Below, piece after piece: positions 20,069 through 29,900 of a DNA stretch of 64,000 nt. Numbering within the stretch: the stretch's first letter is position 1; each line of letters opens with the position of its first letter. Position numbers and translations under genes: made by a program. Below the pieces are notes generated by a model, which searched no databases, was not told where the DNA came from, and was given only the letters and a program-made list of their open reading frames with translations. This DNA comes from a virus (taxonomy: Duplodnaviria > Caudoviricetes): the IMG/VR virus record IMGVR_UViG_3300027779_000028, positions 1,524 to 65,523 of that record; one strand, written 5' to 3'.

Positions 20069-22504
20069 TTACCTTGGATTGAACTCAGCAAGGTCAAACC
20101 CATCCAAGCTGTCTTCATTAGATTCGAAGTTCTGTGCAGGTAAATTATTCTTCCTTTGATTGATAAGTTTAGACTGTTGAGTATTCTGCTGACTAATCCT
20201 ATCAGACTTTGCATCTTCTTTTTGAGTGTCTCTAGTTTGGATATTATTTTCAACCATACCTTTCAATTGCATCTGATAATTAAACTCAACATTCATAAGC
20301 TGTTCTTTGAGTTGAGCCTCGTTATTCATCTTCTCAATATCAAAAGCTACCTCAGCCTGCTTAAGTTGCATCTTACCTTGAATCTCCATTTGACTCTGTT
20401 GCATAAGAACCTCCTGTGCCATCTTTTGAGACTGAAGCTGCTGTTGAGCTGCCATAGCTTGCTGTTGCATCTGCATCTGCTCCTCACGGTCTTGTTTAGC
20501 TATACGCTTCATCTTAAGAAGTTGATTAGCTAATTTTAAGTTACGTATTTCACGGACGTCAATAGCATCTTCAAGATTAATATCTCCTTTAGATAGTGCC
20601 ATATTAATATTAGACTCAAGCATTGCTTTTTGCTCTTCATCAGGAGCTATTTCAATAAAAATACCAAAGTCATATATATATAAATCACTAATATCTTCAA
20701 GAATACTAACATTGTATTTTCCAATTTGATTAACAAACTCTTCCTTGAAGTCAGCATACTCTAAAATGTCTGAAATTCTATATGTTAAACTTTCAGCTAA
20801 AGTCCTATACATATACAGGCTTGAGTCTAAAATATGTCTTGTAGCTGTATTAGAGTTTAAAGCCGCTAACTTCTGAACCCCTACTAAAGCATATGGGTCA
20901 GGAGTAGAGCCATCTCTAGCCTCATTAAGCCCCGTTACATCACGAATCATCTGTAAATAATGATTCATATTTTGTATAAGCATCTGCGCTTTGCTAGCTC
21001 CTGAACTAGATGTAAGTTGCGTGATAGGTACCTTAGCTTGGTTATAATCACCTTCCTGTGTATAACTTCTTCCAATAACAGAACCTGTTTGGAAGTATAA
21101 TCTTAAAGCATCTTCAGGATTATATGCATTACCCGTGCCTAAATCTACTTCATTTAATCCGTCAGCATCTATATACACTCCATCAGGAACTACCTTAGAT
21201 ATTACTTGCTGTAACTTTAAATGTGTTATCTGAATTAAATCAGCAAAAGGAATCATTCTGCGAGTTAAAGACTCTATCACCCCTTTGTACATACGAGGAG
21301 CTGAAGCTACATAATTAGGTATAGCATATTGAGAAGCAGATTTTGGACGTACCATATTCTCTGCAGCCTCCCACTTAAGAATGATATTGGTTCCCATAAC
21401 CATAACCCCATCATACCACATATCAATAGTCTTTTCAATCTTTTCAAACCCTCCTTCTTCCATCATCTCATCCGGTGGGTTGAATTGGTCATCCTTTTCA
21501 ATCATCCTAGAGCCTCCTCCTTCTAAGTTCTTTTTCTTATATACAATCTTTTTTGTGCTTTTATAATTAAAATACATTAAAGTCGCTGTATCTCGATAGA
21601 AGATATCATTGTCATAGAACTGAGCGACATTATAGTAATCATACCAACTTTGCCCACGTTTAGAAATTTCTTCTAAATCTTCTTTAGTAAGAGTGGGGTC
21701 TATTTTTATTAATTCTGTAATTGCAACTGTTTTTATCTCTCCCCAATAGAAACAATCTTTAAACTGAGGGTCTTCTGTGTAACTATAGACCACATTCGCG
21801 GGGTCTACATAACTTAACTTAACTCCTGTGCCGGGTAAAAATTCGTGCTTGGCTACCGATATACCCAATACCATTAGGTCATAATCTAATCGGCGCCTAA
21901 TATCATCATAATGATTTTCATCAAAAATAGTGTTTACAGCTTCCTCTTCTGCAATCTCAATAGCAGGCTTATAATTAAGCTGCATATATAGCTGCAATTC
22001 CTCATCATTAGTAGGTAAATCCTCCGGATTCATAGTGAATGGGTCTAAACCTGTTTTCGCTTGGATAGTTTCAAGTATGGGCTTTGCAGCCATCTGACCC
22101 TCAATCATATTCTGATACTTACTTCTCTTAGATTGAGATATAGCATCTTGAGCATATGCTTTAACTTTAAATAAGCGTTCAGACATACCATTAACAACGA
22201 TATCCACAAACTTAGGAAGGATAGGTACAGGGGTCCAATCTAAATTTAGATAAGATAAATCTCCATCAACAGCAAGTTCATTTTTATATTTTGCAACAGA
22301 TTGTTCTCCACGAGCATACAAACGTAATCTATTAAAATCACTTGCTTGATTGTAAAATCTGCATTGATTACTAGTTTTTTTAAACCATTCATATTGAATA
22401 GCTTGACCAATCTGTAGTCCAAATTCATCTGTTGCCTTCTCCGCATCAGATACAAATTGGCTAGGAAATCCGGCAGATGACAGGTTTATATTAACGTTTT
22501 TCAT
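20069..22504 (-). CDS. Portal protein
   Basis: 811 aa directly after terminase; LDWTPVPILPKFVDIVVNG, IRDVTGLNEARDG, Q-rich C-terminal barrel. Confidence 0.8.
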   Translation of the reverse strand: MKNVNINLSSAGFPSQFVSDAEKATDEFGLQIGQAIQYEWFKKTSNQCRFYNQASDFNRLRLYARGEQSVAKYKNELAVDGDLSYLNLDWTPVPILPKFVDIVVNGMSERLFKVKAYAQDAISQSKRSKYQNMIEGQMAAKPILETIQAKTGLDPFTMNPEDLPTNDEELQLYMQLNYKPAIEIAEEEAVNTIFDENHYDDIRRRLDYDLMVLGISVAKHEFLPGTGVKLSYVDPANVVYSYTEDPQFKDCFYWGEIKTVAITELIKIDPTLTKEDLEEISKRGQSWYDYYNVAQFYDNDIFYRDTATLMYFNYKSTKKIVYKKKNLEGGGSRMIEKDDQFNPPDEMMEEGGFEKIEKTIDMWYDGVMVMGTNIILKWEAAENMVRPKSASQYAIPNYVASAPRMYKGVIESLTRRMIPFADLIQITHLKLQQVISKVVPDGVYIDADGLNEVDLGTGNAYNPEDALRLYFQTGSVIGRSYTQEGDYNQAKVPITQLTSSSGASKAQMLIQNMNHYLQMIRDVTGLNEARDGSTPDPYALVGVQKLAALNSNTATRHILDSSLYMYRTLAESLTYRISDILEYADFKEEFVNQIGKYNVSILEDISDLYIYDFGIFIEIAPDEEQKAMLESNINMALSKGDINLEDAIDVREIRNLKLANQLLKMKRIAKQDREEQMQMQQQAMAAQQQLQSQKMAQEVLMQQSQMEIQGKMQLKQAEVAFDIEKMNNEAQLKEQLMNVEFNYQMQLKGMVENNIQTRDTQKEDAKSDRISQQNTQQSKLINQRKNNLPAQNFESNEDSLDGFDLAEFNPR

Positions 22505-24747
22505 CTAATTATTTCACTTGTTATTCCATTATTTCTATACTGAGCGAAGGTAAGGCTTAATTTTTTCGTCTTTTGCACGGGAGTGTATAGGTGTTTTTGA
22601 TTTGCCATTATAGCAAGACCCGAACTAATAGTGGCATCATAAGACGTTCTATTGCTTATATCAAACTTAGCCCAATCCTCAAGCGTTCTTACAAAAGGCA
22701 TAGTTCCCATTTCATCTGTATCTCGAAAAAGACCTTCTAAATCTAACCCAACATGCTTCTCTATATATGACTCAATAGCTGAAGCATGCGCCTGTTTTAT
22801 ATCCTCCGAAGAGTTGGGCATCCCCCCTAGCTCTCGCTCAGTTTTGGAAAGTTTATTAAAATGCTTGTCAGGTCGGTTCATACAAAACCCTCGATACCCT
22901 CTATTCTTAAAGTGATAAAGCAATCTAGGCTTGTTATTCTCTATAAGGATAGGCATACCATAAAATACACAGGCCATAAGAACTTCTTCGAAAAATATCT
23001 CTGCCGTTTGAGGTCTAGCTACATACTCTAAGAAAAACTCATTGGTAGGAGCTTCATCCATATGAAACTTCGTCATACCATGAAGGGCTCCATTAGACCC
23101 CCCACCCCCTACAACTCCTGATATATCGTAAGAGTCACACCCAAAAGACCCAATATGGTCGTTTCCGGGATACTTAATACCCCCTCTTGTCTCTACTCTA
23201 TTCTGTAATACAGGATTAGGAGTCCATCCTACTCTAAATCTTCCTCGAATATCAGGATAGAAAACAACTTGTGAATCTATCTTTCCATCTTTCCATCCAA
23301 AAGACCCTTGAGTAACATACTGTTCTCGGATTAAAGACTCAGCGTAGTCTAACTGCTGATAGATTTTAGTAAGGTTAAATAGAGAAGATTTACTTTCATC
23401 CCTAAAAGCGTGTGACTCAGTGCGAGGGAACTGTCTGTAAAATTCATTTAAAGCGTCAGGGTCATTCTTTAAAGACTCTACCTCAGCCTCCCAATACGTT
23501 AACGCTCCCGAATCAATCATTAAATCGTCTATGCCTCTAACAGGTTTGAGGGGTGCATCAACTACAGGTTCTCCAAATCGGTCAATAAATCCCTCCATAT
23601 TATATTCCATAGGAATAAATAAAGAATAAAGGCCACTTCGAGTTTGTCCGTTTCCATTGCGTAGACTTGCACTTGATTCATCGTATAGCTTCTTAAAATT
23701 ATCCCCTCCCTTGTTTAATGCATTAGAAGTAGACCCCATTAAGCATTTTCCTATAACTCTACTACCTAAACGTAAACATGTTTTTGTAACACGCCAATTG
23801 TTTAAGATGTTATTTGGCTTTATCCATTTACCGCTCTCGTCATGTACAAGGAGTAATAGCTTTTCTCCATCGTAGGAGTTATCGTCTGTATTCTTCCAAT
23901 CAATAGTGGTATCCAATCCATCCAACTCATCAATAGATAGTAGATGCATATTCTTTTTTGTAATCTTAGAGGCCGGTATCCTAAACGCTAGCTCAGTTTT
24001 AGGTTTGTCCATACCATCTTGTATAGGCTTAAAGAAAAAGGGTAACCTATTAGCTATAGGAACAACCTTATCGGTAAACATCTTCTTGGCATCAGAACCT
24101 GTTTTAGAAAGTATACCTACCCTAGCATCGTTGGCTAAAGTTCCGGTATTTACACACTCTGAAGACCCCATAAAAGAAAATCCTGAACGCCTAATTTTTA
24201 AGTAGGACATACCGAAACATCGGGTGTCGGCTTTACAGGCTTCCCAAAACATAAAGAATACTCTATTTGCTTCACGAAAGTCAGGAAACCCTACATCTAT
24301 AGTTGCCCACTGTAAATACATATAGTGAGCCCCCGTGATATAGGTGGGTATACCATTATTCATAAACCAATGCCCATGCTCTCTTTGGTCAAATTCCCTT
24401 TCGATATAATCTATCCACCTATCCTTAAAACCTGAGGGCATATCATTCCATTGAAATATAGATGCTATTCTAGCTAAAGGTTTAGGTAATTCAATACGTT
24501 TCCAATACTGTAATTCTTTTTTCTCTTCCGCATGTATCTCTTTAGGGGCAAGAGGAAGTCCAATATTTATTCCTGATACATGTATTATCTTTCCAAGCTG
24601 CCCTGTTGTGGAAATAATTATAATGTCATACTTAGAGTTGTATCCATATTGCCATGCTTTTGCACGGTTTTTTTTAGACATAACATTAGTCGGTACTAAA
24701 CTGTGTACCGTCTTATATAGTTTATTTTTTTGCTCTTTGTTCTGCAA
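22501..24747 (-). CDS. terL: Terminase large subunit
   Basis: Walker A-like LKIRRSGFS, Walker B LLVHDESGK, motif III GST, RNase H-like nuclease GCDSYD...YDATISSG. Confidence 0.85.
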   Translation of the reverse strand: MQNKEQKNKLYKTVHSLVPTNVMSKKNRAKAWQYGYNSKYDIIIISTTGQLGKIIHVSGINIGLPLAPKEIHAEEKKELQYWKRIELPKPLARIASIFQWNDMPSGFKDRWIDYIEREFDQREHGHWFMNNGIPTYITGAHYMYLQWATIDVGFPDFREANRVFFMFWEACKADTRCFGMSYLKIRRSGFSFMGSSECVNTGTLANDARVGILSKTGSDAKKMFTDKVVPIANRLPFFFKPIQDGMDKPKTELAFRIPASKITKKNMHLLSIDELDGLDTTIDWKNTDDNSYDGEKLLLLVHDESGKWIKPNNILNNWRVTKTCLRLGSRVIGKCLMGSTSNALNKGGDNFKKLYDESSASLRNGNGQTRSGLYSLFIPMEYNMEGFIDRFGEPVVDAPLKPVRGIDDLMIDSGALTYWEAEVESLKNDPDALNEFYRQFPRTESHAFRDESKSSLFNLTKIYQQLDYAESLIREQYVTQGSFGWKDGKIDSQVVFYPDIRGRFRVGWTPNPVLQNRVETRGGIKYPGNDHIGSFGCDSYDISGVVGGGGSNGALHGMTKFHMDEAPTNEFFLEYVARPQTAEIFFEEVLMACVFYGMPILIENNKPRLLYHFKNRGYRGFCMNRPDKHFNKLSKTERELGGMPNSSEDIKQAHASAIESYIEKHVGLDLEGLFRDTDEMGTMPFVRTLEDWAKFDISNRTSYDATISSGLAIMANQKHLYTPVQKTKKLSLTFAQYRNNGITSEIIR

Positions 24748-25006
24748 ATCCCTGCTTACTATCGGTCCGACTTCCGTTACTACTCGCTAAGTTAATGTTT
24801 TCTTGTTCAACTTCAATCTTAGCTAAGATATCAAATGCATCAAATATACAGAGCTTCTTTGTCGCAGCAGCATTCTTTAGCCTGTCTGCAGCTAATTCAT
24901 CTTCCGGGTCAGGCTTTATGATATCCTCTAAAGCAACCTTAATCAATTGTTCTACAGCACGTTTCCCTGCTGCAATTATTTTTATTTTAAGCTCATTAGA
25001 TTCCAT
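24722..25006 (-). CDS. Putative terminase small subunit
   Basis: Small helical protein overlapping the terL start; positional inference only. Confidence 0.4.
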   Translation of the reverse strand: MESNELKIKIIAAGKRAVEQLIKVALEDIIKPDPEDELAADRLKNAAATKKLCIFDAFDILAKIEVEQENINLASSNGSRTDSKQGFAEQRAKK

Positions 25007-25565
25007 TTGCCATAGTTATCTGATGGTCATATATCCTATACAACTCCTCTCCATCAATATCAAAAGTATACTCAGAATCAGGTGTGAAAGATATTTTAGT
25101 CCCTTTACCTACTCCCTGACTAAGGAGGTATTTATTAGGATACTCCATAATCCCCATAAGAGGCTCTTTGCTACCCGGCTTAGAAAGTAATGACTCTTCC
25201 ATAGAGACAGGTTTAACAAAACAAAACCTGTCATGTGAATGCCATGAGCCATTTTGCTTATATAAGAAAAATTGGTCTGCATCCACAAAGAAGAGGTCGT
25301 CACGGAAAAAACTCTTCCCGCTTTTTCTTCTACCCTTTATATCGTTATAGAACTTAAAGACATTGTGGTGTACAAGCAAAGTGTCTCCTATTTTAATAGG
25401 ACCACTATACCCTATAGGCAATTCTTTTACTATAGCCTCACGATTGGATGCGGAAGCATCTTCTTCTGAGCTGCTTATAATAAGGTCTATTCCTCCAATT
25501 TTTTTCGTATTGGAGTAGCGCCTCCCTAAAGCAGGTTGGACGATAAAATTAAAAGGTGATTTCAT
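24996..25565 (-). CDS. GroES-like co-chaperonin with two tandem GroES-like domains
   Basis: FIVQP...GGIDLII...IKIGDTLLVHHN, then second unit FCFVKPV...GVGKGTKISF...IDGEELYRI. Confidence 0.55.
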   Translation of the reverse strand: MKSPFNFIVQPALGRRYSNTKKIGGIDLIISSSEEDASASNREAIVKELPIGYSGPIKIGDTLLVHHNVFKFYNDIKGRRKSGKSFFRDDLFFVDADQFFLYKQNGSWHSHDRFCFVKPVSMEESLLSKPGSKEPLMGIMEYPNKYLLSQGVGKGTKISFTPDSEYTFDIDGEELYRIYDHQITMANGI

Positions 25566-25795
25566 TAAAAGTTTATGTTGTACTCAATAGAAACAGGCAT
25601 CGTCTCACGAAACTCTTTCCATAAGACAACAGTCTTCTCTCTTTCTATCCAAATTAAAATTGAATGGCTGTCAATCTCTTGCCGTATATGATGAATCTTA
25701 TACGCTCCGCTTAAAACAGCTTGCCCTACAATGTAGTGCATAGCTCCACCTTTATAGTCAGGTCCTACAGATATTTTTCTAATATCTCGATTCAT
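25565..25795 (-). CDS. Conserved hypothetical phage protein
   Basis: IRKISVGPDYKGGAMHYIVGQ; coupled overlaps with neighbours. Confidence 0.55.
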   Translation of the reverse strand: MNRDIRKISVGPDYKGGAMHYIVGQAVLSGAYKIHHIRQEIDSHSILIWIEREKTVVLWKEFRETMPVSIEYNINF

Positions 25796-26994
25796 ACAGG
25801 GACAGCAGATATAGTTAAATAGTCTACAGAAACTATAGTAGTAGCTGTAGGAGCTTTAGCGTATACTTCAATAAAATCTCCCGTACTCATAAATTGCATA
25901 GCCTGTAAAGTCCCTGTAGTATATAAGCTAGAGGTAGCCTCTATCTTCTGTTCAGAGCTTGGGATTTTAACAGTTCCATTATATAGTGCAAATTCTGCTA
26001 TATCCCCTACAGTCCAACCGTTTATAGTAAAAGTAACGGTAATATTAAACATTTGGTCCGGAGAGCCATCATATCGTATCTTAGTCTGATAACCCGCTAC
26101 ATTTACTTGAGTGGTCCATAAACTTGCTGTTACATTCGCTAGAAGATAGTTTAACCCATACCATTCTGTTATTACAGTTAAAGAGGTAGTCTGTCCTGCC
26201 ATATTCGCTCTTGCCCCTATATATGCTTTCGCTGCAGGAAGGGTATAGGTAGTAACATCAGTAGCTGTAACGTGGCCTGTAGCATTGGTAGTAGCAGATG
26301 ATATAGCTGTAAATGTCCCACCATAAGCAAGTGCGGTAGGTGTAAGAGGTGTATCAGTTCGAGCTGTGTCGTCGTGTGTGATAGAGATGACCTTATTCTC
26401 AGGAGAAACAGGTACTGCTAGTACTGTAGTTATGTATGTACCCCCGTCCAAATTAACACCATCTTCATCAGAGATTGTCAGTGGACCACCTGAGTCTGCG
26501 TCTAAGTTCCAAGTTGATGTAACTTGATTCCCCCATAACGTAGCTGTTCCTGTACTTAAAAGCACCTGATTTAGCGCTCCGCTACTACCTGCAGAGTCAA
26601 TGTAAAGCAAGTTGTTTGTTATACCTGCTGTAGCCGTTAGGTTCGCAGTAGATACCAATGATGAATTGACTATATTGGTAGAGTTGACCGTAGTTATATT
26701 ACCCGTAGTAGAACCAAGAGTAACTATTGTTCCCGTAGTAGAACTAAAAACACCTATAGTACCATTAGTACCATTAACCGTAGTTGCGGTCATGATACCC
26801 GTAAGGTTGATGTTATTGGTAGCTGTATTGCCAACAGCTAATACCTCCGCTAAATCAATTGATGATTCAGCAAGAGCTATTATGCTAGCAATGGTGTAGT
26901 TCTTGGTTATATTTGAATCTTCACTATCGGTTCCAATAAGTAAATCACCGGTATCTACAACTGCGTCAATTGGGTATGTGCTAATCCGCGCCAT
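25792..26994 (-). CDS. Fibre-like virion protein with C-terminal C1q/TNF-like beta domain
   Basis: Thr/Gly-rich; N-terminal MARISTYP shared with 33492-34217; C-terminal ...MSTGDFIEVY. Confidence 0.55.
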   Translation of the reverse strand: MARISTYPIDAVVDTGDLLIGTDSEDSNITKNYTIASIIALAESSIDLAEVLAVGNTATNNINLTGIMTATTVNGTNGTIGVFSSTTGTIVTLGSTTGNITTVNSTNIVNSSLVSTANLTATAGITNNLLYIDSAGSSGALNQVLLSTGTATLWGNQVTSTWNLDADSGGPLTISDEDGVNLDGGTYITTVLAVPVSPENKVISITHDDTARTDTPLTPTALAYGGTFTAISSATTNATGHVTATDVTTYTLPAAKAYIGARANMAGQTTSLTVITEWYGLNYLLANVTASLWTTQVNVAGYQTKIRYDGSPDQMFNITVTFTINGWTVGDIAEFALYNGTVKIPSSEQKIEATSSLYTTGTLQAMQFMSTGDFIEVYAKAPTATTIVSVDYLTISAVPV

Positions 26995-27247
26995 CTTCTT
27001 TTTGTGTTATTGCTCCTGTTTGAACATTAACACTAACATCCTTGCCATATTTTTCTACAAGTTTCTCTTCCATACCTGCAAATCCTGTTTTAGTAGCCAT
27101 AACCGCATCTAAAGCATCTTGTTGAGCCATAGTCGCGTCAGCGAGTTGAATTTTAGCTTGGTTAAAAGCAGAGAGAAGCTGTTGTAAAGATGTAAGTTCT
27201 TCAGCCGTAAGTTCCTTTTCAGGAGATAGTTTAATTGTATCAGACAT
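26981..27247 (-). CDS. Small coiled-coil protein, possible fibre assembly chaperone
   Basis: LTAEELTSLQQL...LVEKYG...VNVQTGAI; TATATTTG promoter at 27274-27281. Confidence 0.45.
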   Translation of the reverse strand: MSDTIKLSPEKELTAEELTSLQQLLSAFNQAKIQLADATMAQQDALDAVMATKTGFAGMEEKLVEKYGKDVSVNVQTGAITQKEDGAD

Positions 27248-27286
27248 TATAATAGATTTAATTTAATTTAGTTCAAATATAAGGCT

Positions 27287-27448
27287 TTATCCCTTACGAT
27301 TTTTGCCCATTACTACAGCTTGAAGTATACGAGAAAGAACGTTGACAATTCTGTCATCTTTCTTAGTTTCCGTTAACGCTGTTAATGTACCCGCAGCCGT
27401 GATAATTGCCAAGGCAATTACTGACCAATTTAATGTTACAAATTCCAT
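27287..27448 (-). CDS. Putative holin (start MEFVTLNW)
   Basis: One N-terminal TM helix, TETKKDD, basic C-terminus; next to endolysin. Confidence 0.5.
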   Translation of the reverse strand: MEFVTLNWSVIALAIITAAGTLTALTETKKDDRIVNVLSRILQAVVMGKNRKG

Positions 27449-27453
27449 ATTAA

Positions 27454-27879
27454 TTAATTTAAGAAGCCGAACTTTTCCTCTACTGAGAAAGAAGGACATG
27501 CTTTGGTTGAAAATTCATTATGCCCATAAATGGACAATTCTCCAAATATAAGCCTTAAACTTTTAACTATCTCCACAAAAGCAATTTCTTGTGGAACGGT
27601 CATAGTGTCTTTGGGCTCATTAGCGGCGTCTACACCACCGATATAGCATATTCCGATGGAATCCTCATTCTCCCCGGAAACATGAGCACCTTGCACCTCT
27701 ATAGGGCGTCCTATCTCTGTCTTTCCATCAAGGTGGATGACGTAGTGATATCCAATATCTGACCATCCCCTTCCTTGTGGAGGAGGGTCGGAGTGCCATC
27801 CTCGGATAGTTTCTACACTAACCTCTCTCCCTTCAGGGGTAGCAGAGCAGTGTAGGATAATTCTTTTTAAGTCTCTCAT
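27454..27879 (-). CDS. Endolysin, N-acetylmuramoyl-L-alanine amidase (T7 lysozyme-like Amidase_2)
   Basis: IILHCSAT, GWSDIGYHY, GAHV, SIGICYIGG, GHNE...KACPSF zinc-binding motifs. Confidence 0.9.
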   Translation of the reverse strand: MRDLKRIILHCSATPEGREVSVETIRGWHSDPPPQGRGWSDIGYHYVIHLDGKTEIGRPIEVQGAHVSGENEDSIGICYIGGVDAANEPKDTMTVPQEIAFVEIVKSLRLIFGELSIYGHNEFSTKACPSFSVEEKFGFLN

Positions 27880-28088
27880 TTTTTCCTGATTCCTCTTTCA
27901 GCAAGCAAAAGTTTTATCTCGTTCATCCCCTCTACTAGAATATCTAAAGTTTGTTCCACTTTAGTTTCAGATTTTTCTAAAGAGTATAAGCGAGATTTTA
28001 TTTTCGTTACTTCGTTAGTCATCTTAATCCATGTTCCTAACATACCGGATACAATCCCTATCCCTAGAGCTATTACTTCATATTCCAT
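27876..28088 (-). CDS. Membrane-anchored coiled-coil protein (holin-like lysis accessory)
   Basis: N-terminal TM segment plus coiled coil, directly upstream of the endolysin. Confidence 0.45.
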   Translation of the reverse strand: MEYEVIALGIGIVSGMLGTWIKMTNEVTKIKSRLYSLEKSETKVEQTLDILVEGMNEIKLLLAERGIRKK

Positions 28089-29878
28089 TATACTATATTA
28101 AGGCTAAAATTAACACCAAAAGTTCGAGTTGCTGTGACAATACCTTCATATGTCATGGTTGCAAATAAAAAATCATCTTTATTTACGTCATAACCATTTG
28201 TAGACTCAAAACTAATAGGGTAAGTAATATTTGACCCTCCAAAAGAAGAACCAAAAGTTATTTTTGATGAAGCGACTAACTCATATTGTATTTCAGCACT
28301 TTGGTCTGCTCCTGTAAGCATATTTGACACCGCTCCTGTAGGAAGTTTATAAACATATATATATGCTACTTTACCCGCCACTTCCGAAGCGTGAGCGGGG
28401 TTAATAACCCCTGAAACAACCGGGGTCCCCGAAGTGGGGGTTTTAAATATACCTGTATATACCCTTAGAGCATTTCCGGGAGAAGTATCAGTTCCCGGAT
28501 TTCCTAAACCTGTAATACTAGGAACACTCGTACCCATATCTATACTCCAATCATAATCACAGAATCCAAACACTCCCCCTAATAATACAGCTCTATCCCC
28601 ATTATCATTAAGCGTAGTTATAGGAAGGTATCCTCCACCTCCCATAACTAACATAGGGGCGCTATCTTGCCAAGACATAACACCTGCGGAAGTAGAGGAA
28701 AGAACTTGTCCTGAAGTGGCAGGAAGTTGAGGAAGTATATATGGAGCGTCGGCAGTAACGCTGTCAGGAGCTTGTAAACCAATAACATAAGTAGCGCCTG
28801 AAGAAGTGTTTCCACGAAATTCTAAAGCGTTTGCGCTTGCAGTATCAGAAATTATCTGAACAGTTGACTGAAGTAGTATAGTACCCGATGAAAAACTAGC
28901 CACCATTGAAGCATTGTTATCATAAATTCCCCAACTTCCACTATTAATTAAAGTCAATGTTCTACCTACATTATCAGTAGTAAGGTTGGTATTGGCAATA
29001 TTTGTGTCTGCTCCTCCTGCAGCCACCCAAGACATAACACCTGCGGAAGTAGACTGAAGGACTTTATTTGAAGCGGGAGGACCTGTAGGAAGGGTGTAAC
29101 TTATAGAGGCAGAGTGAGAAGCCCCTACCTTTAACCCCACGTATCCACTCCCATAGGTATCTCCCTCATAAATTTGAAGTACACCTCCGAAAGAAGAGCC
29201 TGATTTAGGTAGTATCCTTAATGTGCTGTATACATCCGTTCTACCTTTTTGGAAGTTGATAAATGGATTTGTATTCGAATCAAGAATTTTAAAGTTAGAA
29301 CCATTCCCCGAAGAAAGAGTTAAGGTTCTAGGGGTGCCTGTTCCGATGACAGTAAGGTTAGAAGTCCCAATGTTTATCCCATCCTCCCAATCTAATATTT
29401 CGCTCCCGTTAGTAGAAAGAACTTGTTTACTAGTCCCATCTTTTTTAGGCAAAGTATACGCAGTGGATTCCAAAAGAGTAGGCGCTTGAAGAGAGACCGA
29501 AAATGCGGAAGAAGAAGGTCCATGGAAATGTAAAGGTACAGTAGTAGCAGAAACAGATTTTAGATGAACCTCTTTTGCCATCTCTATATCTGCATCAGTA
29601 AATTTAATAATCCTTACACTTGTATTTACATTATCTAAAAACTCAAGGGTTTTATTAGATAAACCTGCCGGCCCAAAATAAAGAATCCTATTTGCCGTTA
29701 AGGATAAATCTGTATTTGCTATATTATCAAGTGTATTCGGGTTAATCCACGCAGTCCCTATAGTAGTAGAAGAGAGTATAAATCCATTTGCCCCTGAACT
29801 TGAAGCAGAATCTGTTAGATAACCTGTAATCTCAATATTTGCTTCAACTTTTACATCATCAAGAAATTCAATTGCCAT
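28088..29878 (-). CDS. Tail fibre-like protein with internal repeats
   Basis: Three repeats ending YTLP...G..QVLS(S)T.G.LSW; N-terminal MAIEFLD. Confidence 0.6.
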   Translation of the reverse strand: MAIEFLDDVKVEANIEITGYLTDSASSSGANGFILSSTTIGTAWINPNTLDNIANTDLSLTANRILYFGPAGLSNKTLEFLDNVNTSVRIIKFTDADIEMAKEVHLKSVSATTVPLHFHGPSSSAFSVSLQAPTLLESTAYTLPKKDGTSKQVLSTNGSEILDWEDGINIGTSNLTVIGTGTPRTLTLSSGNGSNFKILDSNTNPFINFQKGRTDVYSTLRILPKSGSSFGGVLQIYEGDTYGSGYVGLKVGASHSASISYTLPTGPPASNKVLQSTSAGVMSWVAAGGADTNIANTNLTTDNVGRTLTLINSGSWGIYDNNASMVASFSSGTILLQSTVQIISDTASANALEFRGNTSSGATYVIGLQAPDSVTADAPYILPQLPATSGQVLSSTSAGVMSWQDSAPMLVMGGGGYLPITTLNDNGDRAVLLGGVFGFCDYDWSIDMGTSVPSITGLGNPGTDTSPGNALRVYTGIFKTPTSGTPVVSGVINPAHASEVAGKVAYIYVYKLPTGAVSNMLTGADQSAEIQYELVASSKITFGSSFGGSNITYPISFESTNGYDVNKDDFLFATMTYEGIVTATRTFGVNFSLNIV

Positions 29879-29900
29879 GATTTGATTTTATTTAATTTAA